Shown here in pieces: positions 1 to 12,543 of a stretch of DNA of 64,000 nucleotides; position 1 is the first letter of the stretch; every line of letters starts with the position of its first letter. Origin of the DNA: Eledone cirrhosa (lineage: Eukaryota). The DNA is taken from assembly GCA_964016885.1 (NCBI GenBank), contig OZ024749.1, forward strand, positions 28,706,001-28,770,000, given 5' to 3'. A program made the position numbers and the translations under genes. Under the pieces are notes generated by a model that was not told where the DNA came from, ran no database searches, and saw only the letters and a list, made by a program, of their open reading frames with translations.

Positions 1-59
1 CCCTCCCAATACAAACGAATCTATAATAATTCATCGACTCGGCTCTGAAATTTGATTTT

Positions 60-233
60 CTTACTTTTATTTATTTTATTTTTTATTTATTTTTATTTTT
101 ATTTTTATTTTTATTTTTATTTTTATTTTTATTTTTATTTTTATTTTTATTTTTATTTTTATTTTTATTTTTATTTTTATTTTTATTTTTATTTTTATTT
201 TTATTTTTATTTTTATTTTTATTTTTATTTTTA

Positions 234-264
<31 letters not shown>

Positions 265-285
265 ATTATTTTTATTTATTTATTC
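60..285. repeat. (TTTTTA)n hexanucleotide microsatellite
   Basis: Direct reading; source of the FY-repeat ORF 52..453. Confidence 0.95.
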
Positions 286-325
286 GTATTTTGTCGGCGA
301 ACGGTGAAGAATGTGAATATATCAG

Positions 326-378
<53 letters not shown>

Positions 379-450
379 CCATTTTGTATCAGAAAACTGT
401 TTCTTCTTCTTTTTTGTTTCTTCATACACATAAAAACCTACCTTAATGTA

Positions 451-510
<60 letters not shown>

Positions 511-1044
511 GTATATATATATGTATGTGTGTGTGTGTACATATATATATATATACATATATGTGTGTGTGTATATATATGTTTATGTATATATATATAT
601 ATAGAGAGAGAGAGACCAATATATATATATATGTATATACGTATATATAGACCAATATATATAAATTAATCTAATTGTAATTAATGAAACACTTTACTGA
701 TTGTTTAATTGGCTGCTGAACACTGATCAGGAAATCAAAGACTATCGATGAGAGGAGAAGACTCCTATTGGGGTGAGGGGGGGGTTGTCGGAGTGGGGGA
801 GTACCTGGTTGTAGCAATCAGACTCAGACTGAATTCTTGGATTGAATTGAAACATGGCAATTCTGATCCAGGCAAAAAAACCGACCCAACTCAGGTCTTA
901 TGAAATAAAACCATCCATATTAAAGGTCTACTGTTTAAATTAATATCTTCCAATACAATTTTATATCAGAACCATATGTTAAGTTACTACCTCTGATCGT
1001 TCCAATTGATTGACAAGAGTTCCCAGACCCAATTTGCTTACCAT

Positions 1045-1672
1045 GTGGGTGGAATTCGTCAAATCTACCAAGAAAACAATGTCTCTATTAGTCTTTCCAT
1101 TGCTGATACTATCAGCGGTAGAACTCGTCTAATCAGACCAAGGAAACAGTATTTCTATTAGTCTTTCCATTGCTGATACTATCAGGGGTGGAACTCGTCT
1201 AATCAGACCAAGGAAACAGTATTTCTATTAGTCTTTCCATTGCTGATACTATCAGGGATGGAACTCGTCTAATCAGACCAAGGAAACAGTATTTCTATTA
1301 GTCTTTCCATTGCTGATACTATCAGGGGTGGAACTCGTCTAATCAGACCATGGAAACAGTATTTCTATTAGTCTTTCCATTGCTGTTACTATTAGGGGTG
1401 GAACTCGTCCAATTGGACCATGAAAACAATGTTTCCATTGGTCTTACCATTACTGATACTATCAGGGGTGGAACTCGTCTAATCAGACCAAGGAAACAGT
1501 ATTTCTATTAGTCTTTCCATTGCTGATACTATCAGGGATGGAACTTGTCTAATCAGGCCAAGGAAACAGTATTTCTATTAGTCTTTCCATTGCTGATACT
1601 ATCAGGGGTGGAACTCGTCCAATTGGACCAAGAAAACAATGTTTCCATTGGTCTTTCCATTGCTGATACTAT
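1045..1672. repeat. 70-bp minisatellite, about 9 copies, amplified from the body of an interspersed repeat
   Basis: Unit aggaaacagtatttctattagtctttccattgctgatactatcaggggtggaactcgtctaatcagacca recurs at 1141, 1211, 1281, 1351, 1421, 1491, 1561, 1631; reverse complement occurs dispersed at 34750-35140. Confidence 0.92.
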
Positions 1673-1805
1673 CTACCGGCCGCAAATCCTGGCAGAAAGA
1701 GCAACATGAAATAAGGTGTTTTCCACAAGGACATAATGTATCACCCGGTCTGGGAATCGAACTTGCAACCTCACGATTGTAGATAAGCCACATGCCTTAA
1801 CTATC
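1673..1805 (-). mobile_element. tRNA-derived SINE head (family 2) adjoining the 70-bp array
   Basis: Minus strand reads tagttaaggcatgtgg...aggttgcaagttcgattcccagacc (B-box-like) then tgtccttgtggaaaacaccttatttc; similar to 37143-37290. Confidence 0.7.
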
Positions 1806-2403
1806 TTAATAACGAAATAATTAATAATTTAAGTAAATTCCTCAAAAATTATTAATTTGTTTGGTACCAACTGGCTCTGGTTTTATGAAACAAAACCACA
1901 AAATTTAAAGGATTACTATTTAAATTAAGATCTTCCAACGTTTTGCATTTGTTAAGTTAATGTCTTTGTAATGAAATAATTAATAATTTTAGGAAATCTT
2001 TCAAAGTTCTTCATTAATTAATTGAAATAGGGTATCACTTAGCACTCGAGCCAATGATATTCTCACACATTACAAAGTTTGTGTTTGTGTATCTAACGTT
2101 TTTCTTCGTTTGTGTGTACCCATCGCTTCTTCTCCGCTACCACTACAGTGCTAAATCAATGTTTTACTTCTCTACCTTTAATTGTCTCTCTCTCTCTTTC
2201 ACTCACTCTCTCTCTCTTTCTCTCATTTACTCTCTCTCTCACTCTCTTTCACTCACTCTCTCTCACTCTCACTCACTCTCTCTCTTATTCTCTCCCTCTC
2301 TCTCTTTCACTCTCACTACCTCTCTCACTCAGACATACACACACACACACGCTCTCTCACTCTCACTGACTCTCTCTCCCCCACACACTCTCTCATACTA
2401 TTG

Positions 2404-2435
<32 letters not shown>

Positions 2436-2544
2436 GTTATTTATCTATCTTTTCCACTCTTTCATTTTTCGTTTCTCTTTTCTCTCCCGCTGCTTACCTT
2501 CGTCATTCTATTTCATATCTTTCAGTTTTTCCGATAACTGTTGA

Positions 2545-3329
2545 TCTGTCGAATACTCCCAATACTGACATTTAAATATCTTCTATGAGTCGAATTAAAG
2601 ATTCATTACTGACATTTCGATGTCTTCTACAAGTCGAATGAAACTCCCAGTGCTGATATTTAGATATCTTTTATAAGTCGAATTAAACACTTAATATTGT
2701 CATGCATATATCTTCTATAAGTCGAATTAAACTCTCAATACTGATATTTATGTATCTCCTTCGATATCTTCTACAATTAAACACCCACTACGGATATAAA
2801 CATATCTTCTATAAGTCGAATTAAACTCCCACTACTGACATTTAGATACCTTCTATAAGTCGAATTAAACTCCCAGTACTGACATTTAGATACCTTCTAT
2901 AAGTCGAATTAAACTCCCAGTACTGACATTTAGATACCTTCTATAAGTCGAATTAAACTCCCAGTACTGACATTTAGATACCTTCTATAAGTCGAATTAA
3001 ACTCCCAATACTGACATTTAGATACCTTCTATAAGTCGAATTAAACTCCCAGTACTGACATTTAGATACCTTCTATAAGTCGAATTAAACTCCCAGTACT
3101 GACATTTAGATACCTTCTATAAGTCGAATTAAACTCCCAGTACTGACATTTAGATATCTTCTATAAGTCGAATTAAACTCCCAGTACTGACATTTAGATA
3201 CCTTCTATAAGTCGAATTAAACTCCCAGTACTGACATTTAGATATCTTCTATAAGTCGAATTAAACTCCCAGTACTGACATTTAGATATCTTCTATAAGT
3301 CGAATTAAACTCCCAGTACTGACATTTGA
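2545..3329. repeat. 44-bp minisatellite, about 18 copies, degenerate at left and homogeneous at right
   Basis: Unit ttctataagtcgaattaaactcccagtactgacatttagatacc at 2851, 2895, 2939 and onward; no spacers. Confidence 0.93.
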
Positions 3330-3412
3330 GTTATTTCTTTGCTTTGCAATTACATTTCATTTAAAATCACATTTCTTCAATTTGCTTCTTTTTTTTTTCC
3401 TTTTTCCACTAC

Positions 3413-3458
<46 letters not shown>

Positions 3459-3497
3459 GTTGTTGTTGTTGTTGTTGTTTTGTTGTTGTTGTTGTTG

Positions 3498-3555
<58 letters not shown>

Positions 3556-4080
3556 CATTTCTTACATAGGAACGAGATGAGAAACATTTACGGGAGGTAA
3601 CCGTCAATTATATTCAATTATATTCAATTATATTCAATTATATTGACCACCACTTGGCTGATGTTTATTTTATCGACTTCATAAGGATGAAAAGCATGAA
3701 TAATGTCACGGAAAAGTCGTAATACAATTACAAAGTCCACTCGGATATTGTCACTACTGCTTAGCTTCAGTGTCCACTGATATTCTATTCATTTTAACTT
3801 CTCTTACTGCCATTCCCTGTCTTATTCTGTTGTCACATCTTATTTCTCCTCTCTCTCCTCCTTCTCCCCCCCCTCTCTCTCTCTCTCCCTCTCTAACTCT
3901 ATTTCTCTCTCTCTCTCTAACTCTATTTCTCATTCTTTCAGTTAACATTAACTGTTGGTTTGTATGCTTTGTTAATATATTGATACCTTTTGTAACCTAG
4001 TGTTTACATTTGCAAAGAAAATGGTGTCTTTCTGTTTTTGCTTTGAAATTACATTTCTATTTAAAGTTACATTTCCTCAA

Positions 4081-4199
<119 letters not shown>

Positions 4200-4372
4200 T
4201 GACACCTCCGTCCATTATGGCACGAAAACGATGTCTTGCGTTTTCTGCTGCTGAAAACAAGCGTGTTTCGGGATCATCAAGAGCCTCCCACTCCATGTCT
4301 GAACACAGAGGAGTTATTCCAGTGAAAGAAAGAAAGATAGATAGATAGAGATAAAGAAAGAGGGAGAAATGC

Positions 4373-4403
<31 letters not shown>

Positions 4404-4657
4404 GAGAAAGAGAAAAAAGAGGGAGTGAAAACCAGAAAAAGATATAGCGGAAGTGAGAAAGATATAGAGGAAGTAAGAATGAGACATAGAGGAAGACTCC
4501 TACTTCCAGCATTGGAATGCCAATTCGCCAGTCTTACTATAAACAAAACCAGTCTTACTACAAATCAAACTATTTTTCTATACCTGTAATACCGCATTAC
4601 ATTTAACCCGACACCATAACAGCTCTGCCATTTCGGTATAACTAACTCATTAAAAAG

Positions 4658-4707
<50 letters not shown>

Positions 4708-5195
4708 CGATAGCGAGAGAGAGAGAGATAGATATAGATAGATATATAGATATATAGATAGATATAGATATAGATCTATATAAAACAGATAAAATGAAAA
4801 ATAAAATGGCTGCGACTTTTTGATGCTGGAAACGGGTTTATTATGTATGAAAGCTGAATATTGGAGGTGAAATCGCTGTCATTAGGAATTGAAACAAAAT
4901 ATATCTGCTAAAATATGGTGCTTACTCAGTTTTAATTAAAAGAATGTTATTTCTCACGACTGAAAGATGGTAAGAAGTGATTTACAGTAAGACCACAACC
5001 CCACCTCCAACGTCCGTCACTATAATTTCTATAAGTATACAATATTTTTAGTTATGGTAGCTGGTGATAATGTATTAAAACTAAACGTCAAAACATTTTG
5101 AATATCATTGCATAAATCCAAGCATATTTCGACAGGTATGGTTTAATACATATGAACATCCAATCATTCACGCACACTAACACACACACACACAC

Positions 5196-5239
<44 letters not shown>

Positions 5240-5310
5240 AGTGTACATGGCAATTTAAAACTACATTCTCTTATACATATTTATGAAGATGTTAACACAC
5301 ATATTCTCAA

Positions 5311-5357
<47 letters not shown>

Positions 5358-5396
5358 TATAATATTCCATAAATGAGGTGTAATATATTAATATAC

Positions 5397-5465
<69 letters not shown>

Positions 5466-5718
5466 CTATTCCCTTAAGCTCAGTTGTACATGCATTAATG
5501 TATATTCATAGATTTACTAAAACATACACATGTACATAGACGTACATACATACATGCACACAGAAATCCAATGCACATATAAATACATCTACATCTACAT
5601 ATACACATATAAACATATATACATACATGTATATATACATACATATAAATACATACACACATATACATACATATACATACATATAACATACATACACAAA
5701 TACATACATACATACATG

Positions 5719-5796
<78 letters not shown>

Positions 5797-6323
5797 TATG
5801 TACATAAAGACATGGAGACGTAAGTAAGCGAAAAATGAAGAAGAAATATATTTTAAAAAATGTAGAAAAAAATGAAGAATAAAAAAAAACTAACATCTGA
5901 GAATCTGAGATAAGATAAACAATTAGAAAGTGCATGAAATAAATAGCAGACGAGATTTGATTTGTAACGGTTTATAATAGAATGACAACGACGGGCGGGA
6001 TATTATCTGAGAAAATCCAATGAAAAAATAGAAATAAAAGACATTGATATAAATATGAACGATTTTTATTTTTGATTTTTTAATCTTCTCCATCATTCCG
6101 CTTCAGTATATGTCACTTGTAGCGGCCCGTCAGTGAATATTGAATATATACATACATGCATGCACATTTACATGTACACACACAGGCATTTATACATGTA
6201 CACATACATGTACACACACAGACATATATATATATATATATACGTACGTACACAGAGCCTGCTGCTTTTTATATACCTAATATACTAATGGACTACGTTA
6301 AATTCGCAACCATTCTCCCCCCC

Positions 6324-6387
<64 letters not shown>

Positions 6388-6976
6388 GTGTGTGTGTGTG
6401 CGTGCGTGCATGTGTATACATACAAGTGTGTGTGTATATATATATATATACATACACACACATATATATACATGTATATATATGTATATATATATATTCT
6501 TTTACTCTTTTACCTGTTCCAGCCATGTATAATATATTGTATAATATATATCTATTCTAAACTCTATCCAACCAACTGCAGTTTTACTAAAGATTAAATC
6601 TGTTTTATGTTTACTTTCTTTCATTTCATCCTCAGTCGACATCGTTCTCCTTCACTCTTTCAATTTCTTCTTCATTGAAGCAGCAGACACACATATACAT
6701 ATATACATGCATACACATATCCACACATACATATATACACGTATACATACATACATACATATATACACATATACATATATACATATATACATACATATAT
6801 ACATGCATACATTTGCATACAGATTCACACATGCATACATGAGCACACATACACACTTATACACATACAGACACACACGCACATACAGACACAGACACGC
6901 GCACATACAGTCCCAAAAGACTCGTACAACACACACGTACACACGTGCACACATTCATACACACGCATACATACAT

Positions 6977-7066
<90 letters not shown>

Positions 7067-7132
7067 TCACACAACAATTATTTTTCTTTCATACTTACTT
7101 AAAACCATTTACAAATCCGTCCATTTTTTCCA

Positions 7133-8050
7133 TGGCGGCAATTGGCAGAGTCAGATAGACTGCTTTACATTATTCGTTAAGACTGAGCGACTGATTGGCA
7201 GCGTCGGACACCCGGCTTCAAATCCCGCCGAGGTTATTTTTGCCTTTCATCCTTACGGGGTCGATAAAATAAAGTACCAGTAATGCAGTGTGGTCAATTT
7301 AATCTACTTTCCCCTCCCCAATATTACTGACCTTGTGCCTGAATCAGAAACCCTTATTCGTTAAGACTATCTGTCCTCTTTCGGTTCTGGATTCAAGTCT
7401 CATCGAGGTTGAGTTAGCTTTTCTTTCATGAATAAAATACCAGTCAAATGACGTCTGTTCTTCTCATCTTTCTCTCTCTGTCTCTCTCGCTCTTTCTTTC
7501 TCTCTTTCTTCTTTTCTCTCTCTCTCTTTCTCCTTTCCCTCCTCTCTCTCTTTCTCCTTTCCCTTCTCTCTCTCTTTCTCTCTCTCTCACCCCCCTCTCT
7601 ATCCCTCTCTCTCATGAAGAAATTGACTGTGCCAGATCAGGAGAGGGATGCGGTCCATCATGAATTAGCAGTATCGGTAGAGGATCGGACGCCATGTTTT
7701 ACAGTATAATTACGTCCCTTTACGTTCTGAGTTCAAATCCCGCCTAGGTTAACTTTGTCTTTCATTCTTTACGGGGTCGATAAAATAAAGTACCAGTAAC
7801 ATACTGGAATAATTACTGGCCTTGTGCCAAAAGTAGAAACAATTGTTACATGGCCAAGAGTGGTGGATTGGCAGTATCAGTAGAAGGCTGGACACCATGC
7901 TTAGCAGCAAAGAGTTACGACCCTTTATGGTCTGAGTTCAAATCTCGCCGAAGTTAACTTTGCCTTTCATCCTTACGGGCTCGATAAAATAAAGTACCAG
8001 TAATATACTGGGTAATTTCTGGCCTTGTGCCAAAGTAGAAACAATTATTA
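7133..8050 (+). mobile_element. Cluster of tRNA-derived SINE family 1 copies (about 7133-7360, partial 7365-7450, 7662-7850, 7858-8050)
   Basis: A-box-like tggcagtatcgg, B-box gagttcaaatcc, conserved body gcctttcatccttacggggtcgataaaataaagtaccag, tail ggccttgtgccaaaagtagaaacaattatt. Confidence 0.85.
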
Positions 8051-8194
8051 CACGACCAAGACACGCTCTATGTAACAATGGTGCCCCTACGATTCCAATC
8101 TGAGGATGGTCTGCCAGAACATGTAAATTCGGGTTCTAGCTGATCTAAAGTCGGGTTCTAGCTTAAATTCAAAATCGCACCATATCTTAACCAC

Positions 8195-8635
8195 AGAAAA
8201 AGGGAGGTAATTGTAAAAGCTAAACTTCAATTTGGTGCTCGTATCTACCCTTAGCTATGGTCATAAATCTTCGGTAATAACTGAAAGAATACAATCATTA
8301 ATACAAGCGGTGGAAATGGGATTCTTCCAAAGTGTCTTTGGAGTAACGTTACTTCATAGAGTACATAGCTCGGAGATCAGAGAGACACTCCAAGTAGAAC
8401 CGCTACTTCTCTGAATGGAGAGATCACAGTTCCGGTACTACGGACATGTAGTTAGAATGTCTCAGGAAAGCTTTACTGGTAAAACCAGCCGACAGGAGAC
8501 CCAGGGGTAAACCTCGAGCAAGATGATTGGATAACATATTAGTACAGTTGACTTCTTTTGGAGTAGGTGGGCAAAGAAGAAGAAGAAGAAGAAGAAGAAG
8601 AAGAAGAAGAAGAAGAAGAAGAAGAAGAAGAAGAT
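8195..8635 (+). mobile_element. RTE-clade (Expander/Rex3-like) LINE 3' fragment, pseudogenised, with (GAA)n tail
   Basis: Translation STLSYGHKSSVITERIQSLIQAVEMGFF...VEPLLL*MERSQFRYYGHVVRM...RRPRGKPRAR* matches the RTE C-terminal motifs (LxYG..W, W.GH..RM, RPRGRP..RW). Confidence 0.85.
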
Positions 8636-8714
8636 AGAGGAAGAAGAAGATAGAGGAGGAGGAAGAGAAGAAGAAGAAGAAAGAAGAAAAAGGAGGACGA
8701 GGAGGAAGATAAGA

Positions 8715-8775
<61 letters not shown>

Positions 8776-9052
8776 TGAGGAGGCAGGGAAGGAGTGGCTA
8801 TATATAATATGTAATTGTTGTAGCTAATAATAACTGTTAATAACTGATCTTGTAAAACATAAACATGTGTTACTACTTGATTCACTTAATCTTTTAATTA
8901 TGAACTAAACAATGAGAAAAAATAGGGAACATGAGGAGGGGGAGAGGAGAAGGAAGAGGAGGGGACGTGGTGGAGGAGGAGGAAGAAAAAACAACAGAAA
9001 ATGAAAGAGTATATGTAAATATATATACGTGTGTGTGTATATATATGTATAT

Positions 9053-9113
<61 letters not shown>

Positions 9114-10035
9114 TGTGCATATATATATATATAAAACATTGTTATGGAGGAGGGAAGAACAAACAAAAAGTGAAAAAAAAAAAAAGAAACGTAACGAAAC
9201 GAAACCTAAGTGAAATTATTTCTATTTTTCTATTTTTCTGATCTTAATAGGAACTGGATGTAATTGATGATGGAAATGTCAGGGAGCAGAAGAGGAGAAA
9301 TAAAATACAGATAGAAAAATAATAGAGAAAAATAATTAAAAAAATATTAAAATAAACATATATATATAAATATAAACTATAAAAATATACATAAAGACAT
9401 ATAAAAATATAAAAATATAAAAATATAAAAATATAAAAATATAAAAATATAACAAAAATCTATAAGAAAATATATAAATGATATATTTATATAAGATATA
9501 AAATATGATATAATATATATATGTGTGTATACATATATTAATTATATCATATATATATACATATATATGTGTGTGTTTGTATGTATGTATTAAATAAATT
9601 AATGGCGAAAGCAGGCGAACGAGAAGACAATTGTACAAAAGGTGTATTTTGTGTAGTTTGTTTTGGTCGTCGTACACCGTGTGTATTTGATTGTGTACAA
9701 AAGACCAAACTAATCAGTCGCCATTGTTCAACAGACTACACCTATTGTTCGTCTAGCAAACGGTTTGTTTACTTCAATAAACTTATTCAATGTTCACCTA
9801 TTTAAGCTGATTTACTTTATGCCCCACACCACCACCATACGCCACTCCACGCCCACACTGTCTTTATAAAAAAAAACATAGGAATAATAATAATAATAAT
9901 TAAGAAAGTTATAAACTGTAAAAAGACATTACACGGATTTGAGGCTTCTTCCAGTAATCATAATGGCCTCTCTCTCTCTCCCTCTCTCTCTCTCCCTCTC
10001 TCTCTCTCCCTCTCTCTCTCTCCCTCTCTCTCTTC

Positions 10036-10077
<42 letters not shown>

Positions 10078-10225
10078 TCTCTCTCGCACATTCTCTCTAA
10101 CTTTCTCTCTTGCTCTCTATGTATCTAAGTATCAGTGTCTCAGTCGAGCTATCTATATTCCTCTCTCTGTTTCTGTCTCTGTCTCTCTCTCTCTCAGTTG
10201 TTATCTCCCTCCATCCACCCCCCCC

Positions 10226-10260
<35 letters not shown>

Positions 10261-10619
10261 CACACATCTATTTCTCTCTTTTTGACTCTCTACCTCTTCA
10301 TGTTTCTCTACCTTTCTCTATCTCTCTCTTTCTTCCCCCACTCTCACTATCTAACATTCTCCCCGCTACCACCATCAGCCTTATATCAGACCCAATAGCC
10401 AACCAACAAAAGGCAACAAAAGGCAACAAGCTATCGTCTGCTTTTAATCAAACTGAGTGGTTTGTCAACAAATAAACGACAATGGCGAAAAAATTAAACA
10501 GCTGTTAATAACTTGTTGAATCTCTTGTCTTTTCAGCTTTACAAAGATGTTTTTTTATCTTTTTCTTCTTCACTGTCATTTATCTCGTTTTTTTTAGCAT
10601 GTTTATTTATTTGTATTTA

Positions 10620-10912
10620 TCTATAGCTATTGTAATTGTTGTTGTTGGTGGTGGTATTGGTGTTGTTGGTGTTGATGTTGGTGGTGTTGGTATTGGTCTT
10701 GTGGGTGTTCTTGTTATTGTTGTTGTTGTAGGTGGCGGTGGTATTGGTGTTGGTTTTGTTCTTGTTGTTGGTGGTGGTGCTGTTAGTATTTTTGTTGTTG
10801 GTGGTAGAATTGTTGTTGTAGCTGGTGTTGTAGCTGTTGTTGTTGATGCTGATGGTGGTTATGGTGGTGTTGGTGTTGTTCTTGTTGCTGTTGTTTCTAG
10901 ATTGCATGCAAG

Positions 10913-10986
<74 letters not shown>

Positions 10987-11165
10987 ACACCATCACCACC
11001 AGCACCACTAACTCCACTACCATCACTACCACCACCACCAACAACAAAGGCAACAACGCCATCACCATCACCACCAACACCACCAATACCACCACCACCA
11101 ATAACAACAACACCTCCACCACCATCAATACTATCACCACCATCACCACAATCACCACCACCACC
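10620..11165. repeat. Compound trinucleotide low-complexity tract (GGT/GTT)n-(ACT)n-(ACC/AAC)n
   Basis: Direct reading. Confidence 0.9.
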
Positions 11166-11464
11166 TTTCTAATTACGATTAGATTCATCATTTAATTAAT
11201 AGTTTGCTCAATGTTGTATTTCTACAATCATTAATATACACCTAATAAATTTAATTAACCTTTAATGTGTAGTTCTCGGTGGACATAGACACATTGGCCT
11301 TGTGGTAAATGAAAGGGGACAGCAACTATTGGTGCCTTGTTTCAATCCCTAATGTGGTATGTTATGTGGAAAATATCGTTTTCTTCCCAATATTTAAAGA
11401 AATGAAATGTTTAGAATAAGTAAACTGTATCCCCCTCACGTTAGAAGTAGCTATATATATATAT

Positions 11465-11598
11465 ATGAAAAGAGCCAGAACCCCAACGGCCGGAGCTCAG
11501 CCGTCGGGGTCCTGACTCTTTTCTTTTTACTCACTCTACTACCCTAAGTATCGAGTACTCTGGTGCGTTATGGTCCACCTGGTTTCTTACCACACTTT

Positions 11599-11601
<3 letters not shown>
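11465..11601 (+). mobile_element. Short (AT)n-inserted element, family B (HHR 3' half plus tail), with small inverted 5' arm
   Basis: agctcagccgtcggggtc...ctaccctaagtatcgagtactctggtgcgttatggtccacctgg; homologous to 15690-15895, 17643-17890, 46908-47100, 57495-57575. Confidence 0.75.
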
Positions 11602-11670
<69 letters not shown>

Positions 11671-11676
<6 letters not shown>

Positions 11677-12492
11677 TTAGTTAAGCAAAAGCAAAACAAG
11701 ACCACAAATTTCACAAGGAAGACATTATTAAAAGATTGTCAACATATTTAGTTTGATGTAAGGAATGTAGAGAATAATAATAATAATAATAATAATATTA
11801 ATAATAAAAAACTAATATATGGAACATTATATTATGTAACATTATTTTAATTTGGCGGTGGATTGGCAGTATCGGTAGAGGGTCGGACGCCATGCTTTCC
11901 AGCATAGTTACGTCCCTTTACGATCTGAGTTCAAATCCCGCCGAGGTTGACTTTGCCTTTCATCCTTACGGGGTCGATAAAATAAAGTACCAGTAATGCA
12001 CTGGGTAATTTCTGGCCTTGTGCCTAAAGTAGAAACAATTATTTTAATTTATATTCATTTCAGTTCCGATGAGCCACTCTGTTTTTTTAAATATGTTAAT
12101 TATTTTCAACTGAACCAGATCAATTATGATACATAGTCATCTGATCCAGAAATATTATACGAAGTAGCGAAACAATTGTAAACGGGCATTATTATTATTA
12201 ATATTATTATTATTATTATTCTCTACATTCCTTACATCAAACTAAATATGTTGACAATCTTTTAATAATGTCTTCCTTGTGAAATTTGTGGTCTTGTTTT
12301 GCTTAACTAATGAATATTTCCAGCTCTGCGCACCTAACCTCTGCATGAACCCAGCCACCTAGCTGCTTTCTACTGCATATTGCACATTGAGCACATGCCT
12401 TTACGCTTTGGCTTCTAACTAACTCACCAATCTTTCCTCTCATATCTCCTCTACTATCTCAATCTCTCTCTTTAAGATTGGTTACTCTTGAA

Positions 12493-12497
<5 letters not shown>
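11671..12497 (+). mobile_element. Penelope-pLTR-like element with degenerate HHR (12061-12185) and inverted arm (11671-11810 vs 12188-12318), interrupted by a SINE
   Basis: cagtt-CCGATGA-gccact...agtagc-GAAA-CAATTG-TA-aacgg; near-perfect inverted repeat of about 130 bp; (AT)n on both sides. Confidence 0.65.
11854..12037 (+). mobile_element. Full-length SINE family 1 with 13-bp target-site duplication
   Basis: attattttaattt at 11841-11853 and 12038-12050; A/B boxes present. Confidence 0.9.

Positions 12498-12539
<42 letters not shown>

Positions 12540-12543
<4 letters not shown>

Noticed and set aside
2545-3329. 44-bp (and 70-bp at 1045-1672) periodic arrays as CRISPR
   Set aside because: Units are contiguous with no unique spacers; eukaryotic context and no cas genes
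8095-8135. ctgagga-tggtctgcca-gaacatgta as an HHR
   Set aside because: GAAA is incomplete and there is no convincing stem I; adjacent to an RTE fragment
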